This document shows, in pieces, positions 48,462-58,630 of a stretch of DNA of 64,000 nt. The position numbers and the translations under genes are program-made. The notes below the pieces were generated by a model. That model was not told the DNA's origin. It was given only the letters and a program-made list of their open reading frames with translations, and made no database searches. Each line of letters starts with the position of its first letter. The first letter of the stretch is position 1. The stretch covers positions 352,001 through 416,000 of the forward strand of contig CAXXUO010000002.1 in the NCBI GenBank assembly GCA_963666485.2. The letters are read 5' to 3'. Source of the DNA: Syntrophorhabdaceae bacterium (lineage in GTDB: Bacteria; Desulfobacterota; Syntrophorhabdia; Syntrophorhabdales; Syntrophorhabdaceae).

Positions 48462-49482
48462 TTCCCGCACACCGAAAGACAAACGAATTTATGTCCGGAA
48501 TATCGCTGATAAGCCCGGCCTCCTTCAATTCCCTGCTGACCCTCTCGTAATCGGCCGCGCGCAGGGTCCCGGGCACTGCCCCGTCTTTATCCGAAGGATA
48601 GATTATATCTTTCATCCTCGCGAGCATCCATTTCTGGTGAACCTTATTAGCCGGTATGTTGGCGGCCACCATGTTTTTCAGGATAATACCCACAGCCTCG
48701 TCCGGATGATCGAACGCGTATTTCCACCCTTCCAGGGAGGCTTTTACAAAAGCGCATACCGCTTCCGGATCTTTTTTCAATGTATCTTCCATGACGTACA
48801 GGCCGTCCTCGGGAAAATTGAGCCCGTGGTCGCTGTAGAAGAAGGTGGTAATTTCATCAGTGTTCATTCCGGAATTCAGGATCGTGTGGTACTCGTTGTA
48901 CCACATCGCAGATGCCGCATCGACGCCATCCCTCAAAAAAAGGTTCACCGAATAGGATTGCGGTACGATCGAAACGGCAAGCTGGTATTTTTTGAAAAAA
49001 GCCTCGGGCTGGATCCGGAAATCAGCACCCCATAACCCTATCTTTTTACCCTTCAAGTCTTCCGGCTTCCTGATGCCCCGGGATTTTTTTGCGATAAGCA
49101 TAAGTGACGAGCGCTGAACTATCTGCCCGACATTGACGAGCTTGACCTTATGCGACCTTTTTTGAATTGCTGTCGACAGCCAGATGCACGCAATGTCCGT
49201 GTCACCCTTGTCAAGCCCTTCCGATGAGGGTTTATGCGCCCCGCCCTGGATTATCCTGACATCAAGGCCGTGTTTCTTGTAGATCCCCTTCTCATACGCA
49301 ACATAATAGCCCGCGAACTGGGACTGGGGACCCCACTGGGGAAGGAATGAGATAGTTTTGAGGTCTGCCCCGGCACAGGCAGCAGCAGTGGATAAAATAA
49401 TAAGGCATATAAGCAATGCAGTAAAATATGCCCGTTTTACCGGGGTCCGGATAGACCTATTTTGTTCTATGTGATGTCCCAA
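48448..49482 (-). CDS. Periplasmic substrate-binding protein, NMT1/THI5-like
   Basis: Signal peptide; W.PQSQFAGYYVA.EKG.Y...GLDV, DLKGKKIG, YNE; start uncertain (TTG 49482 chosen). Confidence 0.85.
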   Translation of the reverse strand: MGHHIEQNRSIRTPVKRAYFTALLICLIILSTAAACAGADLKTISFLPQWGPQSQFAGYYVAYEKGIYKKHGLDVRIIQGGAHKPSSEGLDKGDTDIACIWLSTAIQKRSHKVKLVNVGQIVQRSSLMLIAKKSRGIRKPEDLKGKKIGLWGADFRIQPEAFFKKYQLAVSIVPQSYSVNLFLRDGVDAASAMWYNEYHTILNSGMNTDEITTFFYSDHGLNFPEDGLYVMEDTLKKDPEAVCAFVKASLEGWKYAFDHPDEAVGIILKNMVAANIPANKVHQKWMLARMKDIIYPSDKDGAVPGTLRAADYERVSRELKEAGLISDIPDINSFVFRCAGNVQK

Positions 49483-49506
49483 CCGAATTGCCCCACCCCT
49501 ATGAGA

Positions 49507-49585
49507 AAAACCTTGGATCCCGGTGTCAAGCACCGGGATGACGGTCATGTAGTCTTGGACCCCGGTGTCAAGCACCGCGATGGCG
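49507..49585 (-). repeat. Tandem pair of CGTC-type subtype A repeats (second copy degenerate)
   Basis: 42-bp periodic duplication. Confidence 0.85.
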
Positions 49586-49610
49586 ACCATGTACTCTTTT
49601 GCGGTTCACA

Positions 49611-49718
49611 GCCTCTTGCCTTTAGCCTTTAGCCTTTAGCCTTTAGCCTTTAGCCTTTAGCCTTTAGCCTTTAGCCGTTCGCCTTTAGCCTTTAGCCGTT
49701 AGCCGTTCGCCGTCCGCC
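49611..49718. repeat. Heptamer array, ~15 units (GCCTTTA grading to GCCGTTC/GCCGTCC)
   Basis: Abuts stop of minus-strand gene at 49723. Confidence 0.92.
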
Positions 49719-49722
49719 CCCC

Positions 49723-50448
49723 CTACATCAGATACGGTTCCCACATCTTCGTGGTTTTCCGGATATAGTCCCCGGGCACGCCTTTCATGATCTGGTTATG
49801 TCCGGGCAGGAGGATGTCCACGTCCAATTTTGCCAGGTTGTTGAGGGAAGCTTTCAGCTGTGACGCATCCGCACCGTAGAGGTCGAAACGACCGATGGCG
49901 TAATCGGCATACACCACGTCCCCGGGGATAAGGATCTTGGCGACCGGTTCATACAGGGCGATCCCACCCATTGAATGACCGGGGATGAAGACGACATCCC
50001 ATATCATTCCGCCGATCTCGAGCGTCTCTCCTCCCTCCAGTTTCCGATCGACCTTGAACTTAAAGGCATTGACATCGATGCCGAACTGCATCTGGCACAT
50101 GCTCTTGAACATCTCCATGCCGTAGACGGCCCTGTCGTCTCCCTTTTCCAGCAGGTCCGCCTCAAGCCTGTGCACCCATAGCTCCGCGCCCGGAAAATTC
50201 TCCATAAGTTCAGCGAGACACCCGATATGATCAAGGTGGGTATGGGTCATGATGATCCTCTTGATATCTTCCGGCCGAATCCCGAGCTGACGTATTGCGT
50301 TTGCCTTGTAGCCCCCTTTCCCGGTGAGCCCGGCATCGACAATAGAAAAGTCCCCGGATTCCGGGTTGCCGAGAACGTACACATGGGAATCGGGGATAAA
50401 CTCATCCTGGCCGGGGATAAACTGGACACCTTTATAAACCTGCGGCAT
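49723..50448 (-). CDS. MBL-fold metallohydrolase
   Basis: VDAG, THTHLDHIG, PGHS, GDVV, LPGH. Confidence 0.88.
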   Translation of the reverse strand: MPQVYKGVQFIPGQDEFIPDSHVYVLGNPESGDFSIVDAGLTGKGGYKANAIRQLGIRPEDIKRIIMTHTHLDHIGCLAELMENFPGAELWVHRLEADLLEKGDDRAVYGMEMFKSMCQMQFGIDVNAFKFKVDRKLEGGETLEIGGMIWDVVFIPGHSMGGIALYEPVAKILIPGDVVYADYAIGRFDLYGADASQLKASLNNLAKLDVDILLPGHNQIMKGVPGDYIRKTTKMWEPYLM

Positions 50449-50646
50449 GTGGGACTCCTTTGCTTTATTCTTCTTTCTTCTCGACCGCTTTTGGAGGCGT
50501 ATGACACATATTAGATAAGTGGGTGTGCATTGTCAAGGAAGTTCGCCCGCGCCCGGAAGCCGCACACACACGGCATATTTTACGGGGCGGGCACACAGGT
50601 GAATGTGGTAAAATTATGTATCGAACCCTCTTGGAAAGGAGATACC

Positions 50647-51414
50647 ATGAATAAGGATTTAAAAGAGAAATTCCTGAAATGCTGGGAAAGGCATTTTCCC
50701 GGTGCATCATTGCCGATAGTCTTCTTTTACAGCACCGGCGAGAGAGGAGCGACCCGGGTTAAAGGCCCAAAGGATCCCATGGAACACCGGTGCATCATCG
50801 CGGATATCGCGCGTGCGGCAAAAGGGCGTTCCCTCGCCTTTGATGTGGGATCGATCGGATGCGCGGGCGGAAAGAGGTACCTCGGCTTCAGCGAGGTCCT
50901 TCGACCCAATTTTGAATACTTCCTTTCCTACGGCATCCCCGGGGAAATGGAAGGCGAGAGGTACAAGAAGTCACCGGAGCTCGTAACCGAGGTCATGAAG
51001 GCCTCGCCAAAATTTGAAGCCCCCGCTCCCTTCATAATATTCAAACCATGGAATGAGGTCGAAGAACATGACGACCCGGAAGGCGTCATCTTCTTCGGCA
51101 CGCCCGACGTGATCTCGGGGCTTTTTACCCTTGCAAACTATGACGAGGGTGAACCGAATGCCGTATTTTCCCCCTTTGGCGCAGGATGTGCGACCATCAT
51201 CACGTACCCGTACCTTGAAAAAAGGTCCTCGAGGCCGCGATGTGTCCTCGGCATGTTCGATATCTCGGCACGTTCATGCGTCAGTGCCGGCACATTGACC
51301 TTTGCCGCCCCCTTCAACAAATTCGTCCGGATGGTCGACAACATGGACGAAAGCTTCCTCACGACGGAAAGCTGGAAGATGGTCAAGCGGCGCCTTGCGC
51401 CGCGTAAGGGGTGA
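50647..51414 (+). CDS. DUF169 family protein
   Basis: C.GGKRYLGF, EGERYKKSPE, D..SGLF.LANYD, PFGAGC, GMFD.SAR; AAGGAG RBS. Confidence 0.75.
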   Translation: MNKDLKEKFLKCWERHFPGASLPIVFFYSTGERGATRVKGPKDPMEHRCIIADIARAAKGRSLAFDVGSIGCAGGKRYLGFSEVLRPNFEYFLSYGIPGEMEGERYKKSPELVTEVMKASPKFEAPAPFIIFKPWNEVEEHDDPEGVIFFGTPDVISGLFTLANYDEGEPNAVFSPFGAGCATIITYPYLEKRSSRPRCVLGMFDISARSCVSAGTLTFAAPFNKFVRMVDNMDESFLTTESWKMVKRRLAPRKG

Positions 51415-51810
51415 GAGCGTAAGAGCGTGAGAGCGTTCGAAACGAGAACTTCATAACCTCGCCTCACCATCCTGTGGAGAGCTTATGTGAGACAATCCCC
51501 TTAAGTCCGTCACCCCGGCGAAGGCCGGGGTCCAGGGACTCCAGAAAAACGGTTTCATGTTTCAAATTTCAGACCGAAGTATTCTCCCGAAAAAGAGAAA
51601 AGACACTGGATTCCGGCCTTCGCCGGAATGACGCGTAAAAAAAAGCCTTTTGCCTTTCGCCGTAAGTGACGAGTGTGTTTTAATTTCGGTGCCAAGCACC
51701 GGGATGAAGGGAATGTCGGATTTTTACGTGGAACGTGGAACGTGGAACCGTTTTTTTCGCCTTTCGCCTTTAGCCTTTCGCCTTTCCCGTTAGCCGTACG
51801 CCGTACGCCG
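51402..51810. repeat. Repeat-rich convergent intergenic region: octamer array, inverted CGTC-type dimer (51508-51535 / 51599-51633), partial subtype A, ACGTGGA x3, GCC-heptamer array
   Basis: Read directly. Confidence 0.85.
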
Positions 51811-53673
51811 TCATTTTATCCCGATATGCAGCAGCAATATCCGTCTAACCTCTTCTATCGTTTCCGGTTCCCCCTGCGTGGAATGGCCCGAATTTACCAC
51901 GAGTTCCGACGCGGCGTAGTCAATGTGCGCGCTGGTGTATTTTACGACCCCATCCGTCCACTTATCTTTCGGGGCGTCAACGTTCTTCACCGAGATTATC
52001 GAGTGGGCCGTGACCTTGGGATCGATGGGAATAGATGAGAACGTCCTTATGAACACGCTGTTCGGGTCCATATTGCTGGTGCTCTTCGGGAGTGACTGAA
52101 GCACGGACATGTCGATGGCGTTCGGGTTCTTGCTGGCCACCTCCTTCATCGTATCGAGCACCTGGAAAGGCAAATGAATAAACTTGCCCGACAACCTTCC
52201 TATCCACCCTCCCGCCACATAACTGCCCCTGTGCGGCGTTGAGATAAAGATTACCCTCCTGACGAAAGGGAGCGGCTTGTAAAACAAGCTTCTCTCGAGC
52301 ATGGACCGTGTCGGTGCGGAAACATCGATCCGATCGAAAGGGACGTCCGTTGCGTTGTCCCAGAAACGGGTCCCGCTGTCCATTGCGGGCAGTTTAGCCA
52401 GGATGCCCCCCTGGCTGTGGCCTATGATCACCATTTCCTTGAGGGCGGCGTCCGTGCCGTCGGGGTCGAGTGCACGGACCAGTTCCTTGAGGCCGCTCAC
52501 CAGCATGCCCCCGGTATACAGGATGGGGTTTCCCGTATTGTACGTGAACGACCAGAATTGATAGCGGCCCCACAGGCGCTGGTCATTGTACAATTCGTTG
52601 AGCATCTCCACCCAGCGCGCCGCACTCGACGCCGTGCCGTGAATGAACAGGACGGGGATATGATTGGGTTTATAGGGGGTCAGGAAAAAGATATTCTCCG
52701 GGAACCTGTGCTGTTCCTTGAAGAGCTTAAAACTGCCGGAGAAAAAACCTTTTGTCTCAGTCTCATACACCGACGATCCCTCGAGAGAATATGCAAGGGC
52801 CGCAGATTCATTGAATTCGAGAGGGACCTCCCGGCCTTCTATCATCACGATCTTTGAGGAATCGGTCGTGTAGAGCTCGATCTTCCCCATGAGATCGCCG
52901 GTCTTCAGAGCTTCGCCCGGGTCATCAATGCGCAAAAGGGCCGTCACAGCGACCTTTATAGCCGGAGGGACCCGTGCCAGTGCCTGTTTCTCCGCATCAG
53001 GGCTATACTTCGTGGCAGCAACAAGAGCCGCCCCTATCCCCGGCCAGCGGTATTCATTCCTGAGGCCGCGTATCGAAAGCCGGGCCGCATTGTAGAAATG
53101 AACGAGCGTATAGGAACTCCACTGGAAAGAGGCAGGGTCAACGGCGATCGTCATTGTCCCGAACGGCAGTTTGTACGTCCCCCCTTGCAGATTGACCTCG
53201 AACCCGTCCCCGGATGCAAGGCCCTCGGCGACACCGAGGTTATAGATATCGGCCGCCGTCCGGAACCGGGGATCCAGCGGATTTATCGGACACGGCTGGC
53301 CCTTCGGGAAAAGAAGCGCGTAGGCGTATACGGCCGATGCGAGATAATAGGACCTGTCCTGGCTCCGGGACGCATACAGAAATGAAAGCTCTGCGAGGGC
53401 GAAAAGCCGGTCTGCCTCGTTTTCCGTAGACACACCCTTGTGTATCCTCGCTATAACCTCTTGCGGCGCATCGTCGAATTTCTCGGCCAGGCCGTTGCGG
53501 TTCAATATCTGCGTTGTCGGTGCGCTTAAAGTAGAATGCGTGAGGATGTTGGCCGTCAGTTTGCGGTACGATTCCCGGGTATCGAGGCGCCCCACCCCCA
53601 CGGGCGTCGCACAACCCCCGACAAGAAGCAGGACTAAGAGGATAAAAACTGGTGCGAGTTTGCGTAAGCTCAT
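51811..53673 (-). CDS. Lipoprotein with C-terminal alpha/beta hydrolase (lipase/esterase-like) domain
   Basis: Lipobox LVGG-C; PVLFIHG, GHSQGG, STPHRGS, DGVV.Y.SAH, SGHS. Confidence 0.85.
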   Translation of the reverse strand: MSLRKLAPVFILLVLLLVGGCATPVGVGRLDTRESYRKLTANILTHSTLSAPTTQILNRNGLAEKFDDAPQEVIARIHKGVSTENEADRLFALAELSFLYASRSQDRSYYLASAVYAYALLFPKGQPCPINPLDPRFRTAADIYNLGVAEGLASGDGFEVNLQGGTYKLPFGTMTIAVDPASFQWSSYTLVHFYNAARLSIRGLRNEYRWPGIGAALVAATKYSPDAEKQALARVPPAIKVAVTALLRIDDPGEALKTGDLMGKIELYTTDSSKIVMIEGREVPLEFNESAALAYSLEGSSVYETETKGFFSGSFKLFKEQHRFPENIFFLTPYKPNHIPVLFIHGTASSAARWVEMLNELYNDQRLWGRYQFWSFTYNTGNPILYTGGMLVSGLKELVRALDPDGTDAALKEMVIIGHSQGGILAKLPAMDSGTRFWDNATDVPFDRIDVSAPTRSMLERSLFYKPLPFVRRVIFISTPHRGSYVAGGWIGRLSGKFIHLPFQVLDTMKEVASKNPNAIDMSVLQSLPKSTSNMDPNSVFIRTFSSIPIDPKVTAHSIISVKNVDAPKDKWTDGVVKYTSAHIDYAASELVVNSGHSTQGEPETIEEVRRILLLHIGIK

Positions 53674-53680
53674 ATTACCT

Positions 53681-53752
53681 GGTTCAAGGTTCAACGTTCA
53701 ACGCAAAAAAAGCCCGCTTTTGACGTTGAACCTTGAACCTTGAACCTTGAAC
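53681..53752. repeat. Inverted pair of heptamer arrays (GGTTCAA x3 / TTGAACC x4)
   Basis: Arms are reverse complements around an ~18-nt spacer. Confidence 0.85.
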
Positions 53753-53761
53753 ATTATAATA

Positions 53762-54358
53762 CTATTTCTTAGCCGGTGCATCTATCGTTATGGCAACAGC
53801 TTCCGTAAGCCGCACAAAGACATCATCGCCTTTCTTGATGTTCTTGAACTTTTTGACAGATTTATCGACAACGAAATCCCTGACATTACCTTCCGGCCCT
53901 TTCAGGGAAACTACCCGATTCTTATAGTCGATCTTTTCGACAACAGCGGTAATGTCCAGTGTATTTACGACCACGGCGCCCGGCTTTTCACCCTTCGCCG
54001 CCACTTGGACAACCTGGGCCTCGGAAGCAGCCGGCGCTTCCCCCTTCTTGGCAACAACGACAGCCACGGATTCCAGGAACCGTGCGGTCAACGTGTCACC
54101 CGGCTTGATCTGGTCGAAATTCTTCACTTCCGGACCGGCCTTGACGGTACGCTGTATGCCGCTCGGCATCTTGAATGTCACGGTCCGCTTCGCAGCGTCA
54201 ACCGACTCAACCGTCGCCTGGACCGTTACCACGTCGACCACGACGCCTGCCGGTTTCTCGGCAGGTTTCTTTGCCGCTTTCGTCTCGGCCGCGAGGGCGG
54301 CGCTGACAAGCAGAAGTACCATAAATGCCACCACCACTACAGATACAGCTTTTTTCAT
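53762..54358 (-). CDS. Exported protein with two tandem OB-fold-like repeats
   Basis: Signal peptide; ATVESVD...RTVT.K...G and AVVEKID...RVVSLKGPEG; AGGAGG RBS. Confidence 0.75.
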   Translation of the reverse strand: MKKAVSVVVVAFMVLLLVSAALAAETKAAKKPAEKPAGVVVDVVTVQATVESVDAAKRTVTFKMPSGIQRTVKAGPEVKNFDQIKPGDTLTARFLESVAVVVAKKGEAPAASEAQVVQVAAKGEKPGAVVVNTLDITAVVEKIDYKNRVVSLKGPEGNVRDFVVDKSVKKFKNIKKGDDVFVRLTEAVAITIDAPAKK

Positions 54359-54542
54359 AGAACCCCTCCTTGAATAATTTGGATACTTGCCTTATCCTCA
54401 TTCTTTACTAGAATATACTATTACCATACACGTGTACTCGAATACAGCGAGAAACTCCAGGGACCCCTATATATTTTACTCTTCGCTCCTTACTTGGTAA
54501 GCGCCAGGACATCGTAGACAAAAATTACACCGCCGCACCAGC

Positions 54543-54728
54543 CGTCATTCCGGCTTGCCGGAATCCAGTGTCTTTGTTCTTCCGTCATTCACGTTCATAG
54601 TGTTAATACTTCCATGTATCAGGCAGCCAGTGCCCGATCTATCAGTATAAGTTATGTGAAAGTTTCCGAGTGTTACCGTAAGAAAAGACAACTGAAAAGC
54701 CACTGGATTCCGGCAAGCCGGAATGACG
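54543..54728. repeat. Inverted dimer of CGTC-type subtype B repeats (54543-54575 / 54701-54728)
   Basis: CGTCATTCCGGCTTGCCGGAATCCAGTG ... CACTGGATTCCGGCAAGCCGGAATGACG. Confidence 0.88.
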
Positions 54729-54810
54729 ATGGAATTGCCTGGCCCCTGCAGTCCATGATGTTCTGGCACAAAAAACATTCTACGACGTCGTGGCGCTCAG
54801 CATTTACTCC

Positions 54811-56457
54811 TTACTGTTTCTCCAGCGCACCCTTTATAATTTCGCGCGCGCCGTCGATGATCTTTTCGAGATGGTCTTCGTCCTCAAAGCTTTCGGCGTA
54901 GAGTTTATAGATATCTTCGGTACCCGACGGCCGGACAGCGAACCATCCGGACGCGGTGGATATCTTCAGGCCCCCTATCGGCTCGTTGTTGGCCGGTGCA
55001 CGCGTCAGTTTTGAGACGATCTTCTCACCGGCCAGTTCGACGGCAGGGACTGTCTCGGGGGTCATGCTGCTTATGGCTGCTTTTTCAGCCGGCGTCGACG
55101 CTGCGTCGATGCGCGTGTAGACGGGCCTTCCCAGGCGGTCGGCGAGCTTTTCGTAGACGCGGCCCGGGTCCATATTCATTCGAGCGGTCATCTCGGCCGC
55201 CAGGAGGCCAAGGATAAGACCGTCCTTGTCGGTAGTCCACACGGTGCCGTCCATCCTCAGGAAGCTTGCACCGGCACTTTCCTCCCCGCCGAAGCAGCAC
55301 GATCCGTTCAAAAGGCCGTCGACGAACCATTTAAATCCGACCGGCACCTCGGAAAGTTCCCTGCCGAGATCGTGCACAACGCGGTCTATGAGGCCCGAAC
55401 TGACAAGGGTCTTGCCGATGGCGGCGTCCTTGGGCCATCCGGGACGGTGGGTCAGGAGATAGTATATCGCCGCGGCGAGGTAGTGGTTCGGGTTCATGAG
55501 CCCGGCCGACGGGCTTACTATCCCGTGGCGGTCGGCATCGGTGTCATTCGCGAAGGCGACCTGGAACCGGTCCCGCATGGCCACCAGGCCCGCCATTGCA
55601 TAAGGGCTCGAACAATCCATGCGGATCTTTCCATCGTGGTCCACAGTCATGAACGAAAAAGTGGGATCGACGGCAGTGTTCACAACGGTTATATCGAGGC
55701 CATACGTATCCTTCACGGGTTCCCAGTACTGCACGGAAGCCCCTCCCAGCGGGTCGATCCCTATTTTGACGCCGGCAGACCGTATGGCCGCCATGTCGAT
55801 AACGGTGCCAAGGTCATGTACGTACGGCATAACAAGGTCCGCATGCCGGGTCGATGACGCCTTCAATGCGGCATCATAATCCATTTTCCTGACATCACGA
55901 TTGTCCTCTTTCAATAAACTGTTCGCGCGATCTTCGATCCACCGGGTAACCTTCGTATCAGCGGGCCCCCCGTGCGGAGGGTTGTATTTAAACCCCCCGT
56001 CGCCGGGAGGGTTGTGGGACGGTGTAATAACGACGCCATCGGCCGGCGATCGACTGCCCGAACGGTTATACCCGAGCACAGCATGGGATATCACCGGGGT
56101 CGGGGTAAACCCGTCGTTGCGCTGAATGACGGTCTCCACACCATTGGCGCACAAGACCTGGAGGGCCGTCTTTTCGGCGGGCCCGGACAACGCGTGTGTA
56201 TCTTTGCCCATATACAGAGGCCCGTTGATGCCCTGCATTTTCCTGAAGTCGCATATGGCCTGTGCGATAGCCAGGATATGCGCCTCGTTGAACGTTCCGC
56301 GCAGGGACGACCCCCGGTGGCCGCTCGTACCGAAGCTGACCTTTTGCAGCGGGTCGTTCACGTCGGGTTTGCGTTCGTAGTATTCCTTTTCGAGCTTCCT
56401 GACATCTATAAGGATCTCTTTCGGGGCGGGCTTTCCTGCAAAAGGTGAGATTGCCAT
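54811..56457 (-). CDS. pgm: Phosphoglucomutase
   Basis: [36 protein letters not shown]. Confidence 0.96.
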   Translation of the reverse strand: MAISPFAGKPAPKEILIDVRKLEKEYYERKPDVNDPLQKVSFGTSGHRGSSLRGTFNEAHILAIAQAICDFRKMQGINGPLYMGKDTHALSGPAEKTALQVLCANGVETVIQRNDGFTPTPVISHAVLGYNRSGSRSPADGVVITPSHNPPGDGGFKYNPPHGGPADTKVTRWIEDRANSLLKEDNRDVRKMDYDAALKASSTRHADLVMPYVHDLGTVIDMAAIRSAGVKIGIDPLGGASVQYWEPVKDTYGLDITVVNTAVDPTFSFMTVDHDGKIRMDCSSPYAMAGLVAMRDRFQVAFANDTDADRHGIVSPSAGLMNPNHYLAAAIYYLLTHRPGWPKDAAIGKTLVSSGLIDRVVHDLGRELSEVPVGFKWFVDGLLNGSCCFGGEESAGASFLRMDGTVWTTDKDGLILGLLAAEMTARMNMDPGRVYEKLADRLGRPVYTRIDAASTPAEKAAISSMTPETVPAVELAGEKIVSKLTRAPANNEPIGGLKISTASGWFAVRPSGTEDIYKLYAESFEDEDHLEKIIDGAREIIKGALEKQ

Positions 56458-56482
56458 GGTGCACTCCTTGCTGAAAAATAAT

Positions 56483-56929
56483 CTATCTATCTATTAATTT
56501 TAGCAGGGCCATCTGAATGTCGGGGTCCATCTCGCGGACCGCGTTGATCCCTTTCAATTCCAGGATAACAGCTTCCAGGACTAGGAATGTCTTGGCCTCG
56601 TCACGCAGGCACCCGGTCTTGACGCTGTCGAATTTCCCGTATGTACCGTGGATATGGGCCCGGGGTTCATCGCCGTACCAGAAAACGGTGCCTGTCGCGA
56701 GGGTCTCATGACTGTCGACTATCTCACGCCACGTGGGTTCCGGAGGGCGCGCATCATCATTTCGGGGACCGACCACGATCCTGCCCTCCGTAATGCCGCC
56801 GAGGAGGTAAAAAATGCAGGCTTTGATGCGTTCTTTGCGAACGATACCGGTAAGATTGGAGATTATCTCGTCCCCATCCTCGAAATGCGCCAGGATAACC
56901 CTTCCGATCTCACCGACCTGGTATTTCAC
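56483..56929 (-). CDS. PPC/DUF296 domain protein
   Basis: GR.....EDGD, LGG, P.AHIHG, GCL; start GTG 56929. Confidence 0.8.
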   Translation of the reverse strand: MKYQVGEIGRVILAHFEDGDEIISNLTGIVRKERIKACIFYLLGGITEGRIVVGPRNDDARPPEPTWREIVDSHETLATGTVFWYGDEPRAHIHGTYGKFDSVKTGCLRDEAKTFLVLEAVILELKGINAVREMDPDIQMALLKLIDR

Positions 56930-56946
56930 GATGCTTGTCTTTCGTC

Positions 56947-57465
56947 CTATTTCAACGGGCCGCGGATGAGCTTGATATCGTCGATCCAGACCGTTCCCTT
57001 GCCGGTTATAACGAGGTTGAGCTTCACAAGTTCCGGGCTCTGCCCTTTTTTCAGAAAGAACGGGGTTTCCTGCGTTGTCCACTCATTCGTGCCCGTGAGA
57101 TACGTGTCGAGTCCTCGCGAGAAATACTCGCCTTTTCCCTGAAAAACACAGCGCATCTCGAGGAAAACCCGTCCGTCGACGTCTTTCGTCTTTACCTTCG
57201 CCCGGTAGATCAGTCTCGCATTCTCTACGTCGAGGCCGCTGACCTCATAAAGATGAACAACCATGTGGCCGGGCGCATCGATCCTGACCGAACCTTTGCC
57301 GTCGAATGACACCGCGGGATCGAAAGCGACATTCGTCTGCGTAATGACATCCGCGCTATTCAGCGGATATTCCTTTATCGTCCTCGGGACCTCCTTCCTG
57401 CTGCAGCCGGCCGAAAACAGGATAATTACGAGAATAACAGCCAGAACTGAAAAGGTTCGTTTCAT
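56947..57465 (-). CDS. Hypothetical lipoprotein
   Basis: Lipobox FSAG-C; GEYFSRG, G.GTVWIDDI (carbohydrate-binding-like beta sandwich). Confidence 0.72.
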   Translation of the reverse strand: MKRTFSVLAVILVIILFSAGCSRKEVPRTIKEYPLNSADVITQTNVAFDPAVSFDGKGSVRIDAPGHMVVHLYEVSGLDVENARLIYRAKVKTKDVDGRVFLEMRCVFQGKGEYFSRGLDTYLTGTNEWTTQETPFFLKKGQSPELVKLNLVITGKGTVWIDDIKLIRGPLK

Positions 57466-57499
57466 CAGGGACCTCCGGTAAAGGATCAGTACTGCCAAA

Positions 57500-57585
57500 G
57501 GTAATTAGGTGCCAGGTTATGGGTCATCGGCATGGGTTATGGTCTGCCGGTTTTTCCCATTACCCATGACCCCGAACCCATTACC
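57500..57585. repeat. Degenerate inverted heptamer arrays (GGGTTAT-type / CCCATTA-type)
   Basis: Read directly. Confidence 0.65.
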
Positions 57586-57666
57586 TTTCGTTATATTAAC
57601 ACATAAACTTTTATTTGTGAGTCTTCAAAACAAATATTTATGCGTGCATCTGTGATCTTGTGATAA

Positions 57667-57870
57667 TGGTCATTTAATGTATCCGGGTCACCATTCGATA
57701 ATATCTTAAGCACCTACCGGGAGGCAAAAACAATTGAGAACTGCTTTAACATTAAAAATCCAACAAATGTTCCTCGGAAGAAAATGCAGGATCATTATGG
57801 TCGTATCTGCGTGGCTGACTATTGCCTTTTTATGTCTGACTTTGCAGCTGTAAAAAACATGATCGCCTGA
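57667..57870 (+). pseudogene. Possible degenerate DDE transposase fragment (IS1634/IS4-like)
   Basis: Startless open frame containing ILSTYREAKTIENCFNIK...H.GRICVADYCL in AT-rich DNA. Confidence 0.3.
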
Positions 57871-57879
57871 CGGCGATCA

Positions 57880-57967
57880 TTCAAGGTTCAAAGTTCAAGG
57901 TTCAACGAAAGACAAGACAAATTCGGTGCATTTTTAACTTTGAACCTTGAACTTTGAACTTTGAACC
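57880..57967. repeat. Inverted pair of heptamer arrays (TTCAAGG/TTCAAAG x4 vs ACTTTGA/ACCTTGA x4)
   Basis: Arms are reverse complements; ~28-nt spacer; abuts the LysE stop. Confidence 0.85.
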
Positions 57968-57971
57968 GTTT

Positions 57972-58598
57972 TTATTCCGGAAAGAATGCTATCCGCAGGC
58001 TGAATAAAATAAGCAGTATACCGAAAATAACGTTGAAGTACCCCTGAAACCGGTCTACGAGCGACCGCACATGCCTTTGATTAAGGAAGAACGCGACAAA
58101 ACTGAACCACATGATGGTCTCTGCAACCATGATGGCCCCCGCAACGACGAGGACGAAACGCGGTGTTCCGGGCTGCACCACTATCGTAAAGAGTCCCAGA
58201 AAAAAAAGCGTCGCCTTCGGGTTCGATATATTCGTGAGGAACCCGGTCCAGACGGCACTTAAAGGCGAAATATCTTTTTTTGCCTTTTCGGGCGAAAGAT
58301 CGAAACCGAAGGAGCGCGCGGCGATCGAGCGGATACCCATGTACAGGAGATACGCCGCACCGAAATATTTTATGATCGTGAACAGGGTCAGCGATTTCGC
58401 GATAACGACAGCGATGCCTGCTATGAGGTACGTGACATGGACCGCGACACCAATGCCAAAACCGATCGATGTGAAAACCCCGGTCCTTCGCGAATACATC
58501 AGGGAATTCCGGACGCACATGATAAAATCCGGGCCGGGACTGATGACGCCGAACGCCTGAATGATGGCTATAGTTCCTAAGATGTGAAGGTTTTCCAT
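57972..58598 (-). CDS. LysE/RhtB family exporter
   Basis: SPGPDF, KYFGAAYL, GFLTNISNPKA.LFF. Confidence 0.92.
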   Translation of the reverse strand: MENLHILGTIAIIQAFGVISPGPDFIMCVRNSLMYSRRTGVFTSIGFGIGVAVHVTYLIAGIAVVIAKSLTLFTIIKYFGAAYLLYMGIRSIAARSFGFDLSPEKAKKDISPLSAVWTGFLTNISNPKATLFFLGLFTIVVQPGTPRFVLVVAGAIMVAETIMWFSFVAFFLNQRHVRSLVDRFQGYFNVIFGILLILFSLRIAFFPE

Positions 58599-58630
58599 AT
58601 AAAACAGGGTCCTGGGTAACGGGCAACAGG

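Noticed and set aside
53674..53694. MNLEPGN extension of the hydrolase lipoprotein
   Set aside because: Translated heptamer repeat; the signal peptide starts at ATG 53673
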